Below are positions 60,680 to 64,000 of a stretch of 64,000 bases of DNA, piece after piece. The stretch lies in assembly GCF_009834535.1 (NCBI RefSeq), contig NC_045698.1:2172001-2236000 (forward strand), given 5' to 3'. The notes under the pieces are model-generated. The model had not been told where the DNA came from. It saw only the letters and a list, made by a program, of their open reading frames with translations, and made no database searches. The stretch comes from Camelus ferus (taxonomy: Eukaryota). Position 1 is the stretch's first letter, and every line of letters begins with the position of its first letter. Position numbers and translations under genes: made by a program.

Positions 60680-61310
60680 AGGCAAACTTGGCCCCCAGGA
60701 AATTCAGACTCTAGTGAGAGATGGAGAACAAGCACACGAAGCAGGCGACCCAGGTGCGAAGGCGCCTTGTGACGAGCGCGAGGCTGAGACGCTCAGCCGG
60801 CACAGCGATGGCCGTGGGAGACAGGCCAGGGCCGCGGCCCCAGGGAACTACTCTGGGGCTGGGGCGCTGAGACAGGGAAGGAGTTTGCCTTGTCAAGAGG
60901 AGGGACGGGGGTGGCGTGGGACATAGCAGGAGGAGGCTGTGGTGGGCTGAAGGGCACAGGGGTGTCACAGGGGAGACGAAGAGGTGGGCAGTGGTCCGCC
61001 TCCCAAGTTCTGTAGGTCACAGCAGGGAGACGGACTTAATTCAAAATGCAAAAGAGACATAAGTGTAGGGACATCATGGTCTGACACATGTTTTTAAGTA
61101 TGGGGAGGAGAGCGTTGGATTTGTTGTGAAAACACGACGTGTGGCTAAGAGGTTGTTACGTGATTTAAATAAGATGGTACCTTGATCTATGGCAGCGACA
61201 GCAGGACAGAGAGATGCAATGAATGTGGGTGGTGAGGAGGGGGAGGGCCAGCAGTTTCTGGCTTGAGTCCCTGGGGCAGTGGTGGTGCCACTTACTGGAA
61301 GAGCAGTAAA
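60680..61310 (-). mobile_element. L2 LINE, partly CpG-enriched
   Basis: ggcccccaggaaattcagactctagtgagagatggag...catggtctgacacatgtttt...gtttctggcttgagtccctggggcagtggtggtgccacttactg. Confidence 0.6.
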
Positions 61311-61799
61311 AATGGGCATCACCACCGTGGCTCCATCCCAATCACGGTTAGATCAATGAACGTTGAGTTTTATCTTGAATTATGAAGACCTGTGGGTCAT
61401 GGTGCAAGCATGGTTTGTCTTTGCATTATAATTTAATAGAATCTATTTATACCAAACTTAGCAATTTGAATAAGCGACTATATCCAAATATGTTTAAATG
61501 TGCCACCAAAATGAGTCATTTGTTTAGACATTATCCACGTACTATGGGTGATCAGAAGATAGCAACGTATCTTTCTTCATACGATCAAGCGTGCAGAGAG
61601 TTAGAGCTTCTGTTTCTAGACAGAAGGCAATTTATGAAATTAAATGAATTAATTCATATCACTACAATAGTTCCAGGTTCTCTATAACAGTCTCAATTAT
61701 TTCAAGCTTCTGATAGAATTAGTTTTACAGTTTCCCAATAACAATAGGACAATGGAAATGCATATTGTTCATGTCTGTCTGTCTGTCTTTCTTTCTAAA

Positions 61800-62236
61800 T
61801 TTTTTCTTGAAGTGTAGTTGATTTACAACGTTAGCTTCAGGTGTACAGCAAAGTGATTCACTTATACATACACATACATATATATTTTTTCTTTTCAGAT
61901 TCTTTTCCATTGTATGTTATTACAAGAAATTGAACATAGTTCCCTGTGCTCTACAGTAGGTCCTTGTTGTTTACCTATTTTATGTACAGTAGTGTGTGTC
62001 TGTTAATCCCCATCCCCTAAATTATCCTCCCCACCCTTTTCCCCTTTGGTAACCATGGTTTCTTTTCTATGTCCAGGAGTCTATATCTGGTTTGCAATAG
62101 AATTTCTATCCTTTTTTTTTTAGATTCCACATACACGTGATCTCATATGATACTTGTCTCTGTCTGACTTGCTCACTGCGTGTGATCATCTCTAGGTCCG
62201 TCCATGTTGCTGCCAGTGGCTGCATGTTGCTCTTTT
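61800..62236 (-). mobile_element. LINE-1 3' end (camelid/cetartiodactyl type)
   Basis: ttgaagtgtagttgatttacaacgttagcttcaggtgtacagcaaagtgattc...atagttccctgtgctctacagtaggtccttgttg...tctctaggtccgtccatgttgctgc. Confidence 0.9.
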
Positions 62237-62274
62237 GAGGGAGTTCACGGCTGCTAAACCCCACATTCCCAGTG

Positions 62275-62400
62275 GTCACTTATTTTGGCCTCCTGTGTGC
62301 CAAGCACTGCACGGACCACAGAGTTGAAGGGCATTATGCCCCCTGTATCCACGATGAAGCAAGATCTAGAGAGGCAGACATTTCACTTCCTTCCATCTGA
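62275..62400 (-). mobile_element. MIR fragment
   Basis: cacttattttggcctcctgtgtgccaagcactg...attatgccccctgtatccacgatgaagcaagatctagagagg. Confidence 0.5.
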
Positions 62401-64000
62401 GTGTGTAATCGTTGGTCACCAGCACAAATCACATCAGGATTCTAAGTGATGCAAAACTGAGGCTCAAGACTTACCTCGAAGTCCCCACAAGACCTCCAGG
62501 AAAACTGTCTGAGGTTTTGACTGTTTACTCACCACAGGGCAGCGCTGGGTTGAAGACACCTAGGCGTAAAGCCCCAAGAGCTGCAATCTACCTGAAGGCT
62601 GCATGTTCTAAACAGACAGATTTATACCCATCTGTGTGTAAACGCATTATAACTACATGCACAAGTTATACATAAACTTCTAAGGATGTAAACACTGATA
62701 ACTGTCAACAAATTAAAACCAATTTAAATCTCTTAAACAAAGCATCCTTAAGATATCGAAGGGCATAAGAATTACTCTGTGGACTCGCATTCAGTCCAGA
62801 TTCAGAACTTCTGGGTCCTAGCCCTGGAGATCGCACGCACCAGCCCTGGGGCAGGGCCCAGGCGTCAGAGCCTTGTTCATTATGTGAATCTGCTCCCAGC
62901 TACCCCGCCAACCACTTTGATAAACAGGACTCTGTGATGCAGGCTCGTGTTTTTCTTTGCCAAAAATTTTGCTCTAGAATCAGCTTTAAAAAATTAACAG
63001 ACTGGATCAAGAAATTCCAAAATGACTGTGTTTCCCCTAAATGTTCCGAGATTCCCAATCTCAAGACGGAAGCCAATTTGTAACTGCTAGTATAAGAATC
63101 TGAAGGAGGCACCGTCTCGCAGCGTGTCCTGGAACCTGCCAGCTGCAGGTGGGGACCGCTCGGGGTTCCAGGGCAGCTGCACTGTGCACTGAGCACCGGT
63201 TCCCAGCCTAAGGCTTGAATTAGCACTGCACTGTCTTGGAGCAGAGAGCCATGCCCGTTCTCCGTGAGGGACGTGCTGGTAGCCGAGTCGGAGGGAAGCA
63301 GACCCCGCCCAGCCCCGCTCAGAGGGCTGTGTGGTCAGGGACCTTTCATCTTGCTTCTCTGTTCAGGCAAGCTGGGCATTCTGTGGTCATCTGTGAGACA
63401 CACACTAAAATGGACTTAGGAAAGATCAGTGGCGTGCAGGTCCTGGGAAGCCGCCAGACCGCCCTTCACCGCGTCCGTCCTGCTCACCCGCTCCAACTCC
63501 ATCTTCCTGCAGAGCCCGCCCATCAAGAGGTACACTTCCCTCAGCCGGACGCAAGCTAAGTTGTTCCCCTTTCTCTGGGGAAAGCGCGAGGTCTGCCTTG
63601 CTTTGACACGACTGGCGGAGGCCACTGCTGTGGTGTGTCCCATGAGGACAGCTTGCCGCCAGGTGTTTTGTGTTCCCTGCACCCAGGCAGGAAAGCAGCG
63701 CACCCTAGTTGTGAATGCCTAAGCTCAGGACTTGCGGGCTCCTTGCTGCGGGGAGTGAGCACAGAGCGAGGGTCCAGCGCCGGGCACTGACCCCGCCCCA
63801 TCCGCTTCCCCTCGGAGGGGGTCACGGTCAGCGGCGCGGGACAGACGCTCTTACGGCAGAAGCCGAAAGATTTAGACTTTACATCCGGTAAATACTTAAT
63901 GAATGAACAAATAAACATTTTTAAGCTACATAAATATCACGCCACGACCTCTTCATTATTTCATACCAGTGATTCAAGATGAAGTATTTGACATTTGTCC

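Overview
Mammalian non-coding genomic DNA, most likely camelid (Camelus/Vicugna/Lama), inferred from two tRNA-derived SINEs that match my recollection of the camelid Vic-1 SINE and from cetartiodactyl-type L1 ends. I cannot support any host protein-coding gene, RNA gene or CRISPR array. The only ORFs with clearly recognisable protein similarity are broken LINE-1 ORF2 fragments (plus one weak RTE-like remnant); the rest look like chance ORFs in GC-rich or low-complexity DNA. The left ~31 kb is GC/CpG-rich with a CpG-island-like block at ~28.7-30.1 kb. The right ~33 kb is more AT-rich with large L1 remnants and isolated CpG patches. Many repeat-free, TF-motif-dense patches suggest an enhancer landscape (gene desert or giant intron) whose target gene I cannot identify. 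The most interesting signals are ancient AT-rich repeats locally rewritten toward GC/CpG, a TSD-flanked chimeric L1 insertion, a twin-priming-like L1 inversion, a ~460-bp (TTTC)n tract grown from the tail of a ~35-bp L1 stub, and a CCAAT/TATA/CpG candidate promoter. I found no convincing novel biological system. Repeat family names come from remembered consensus sequences, not a database search, and boundaries are approximate.
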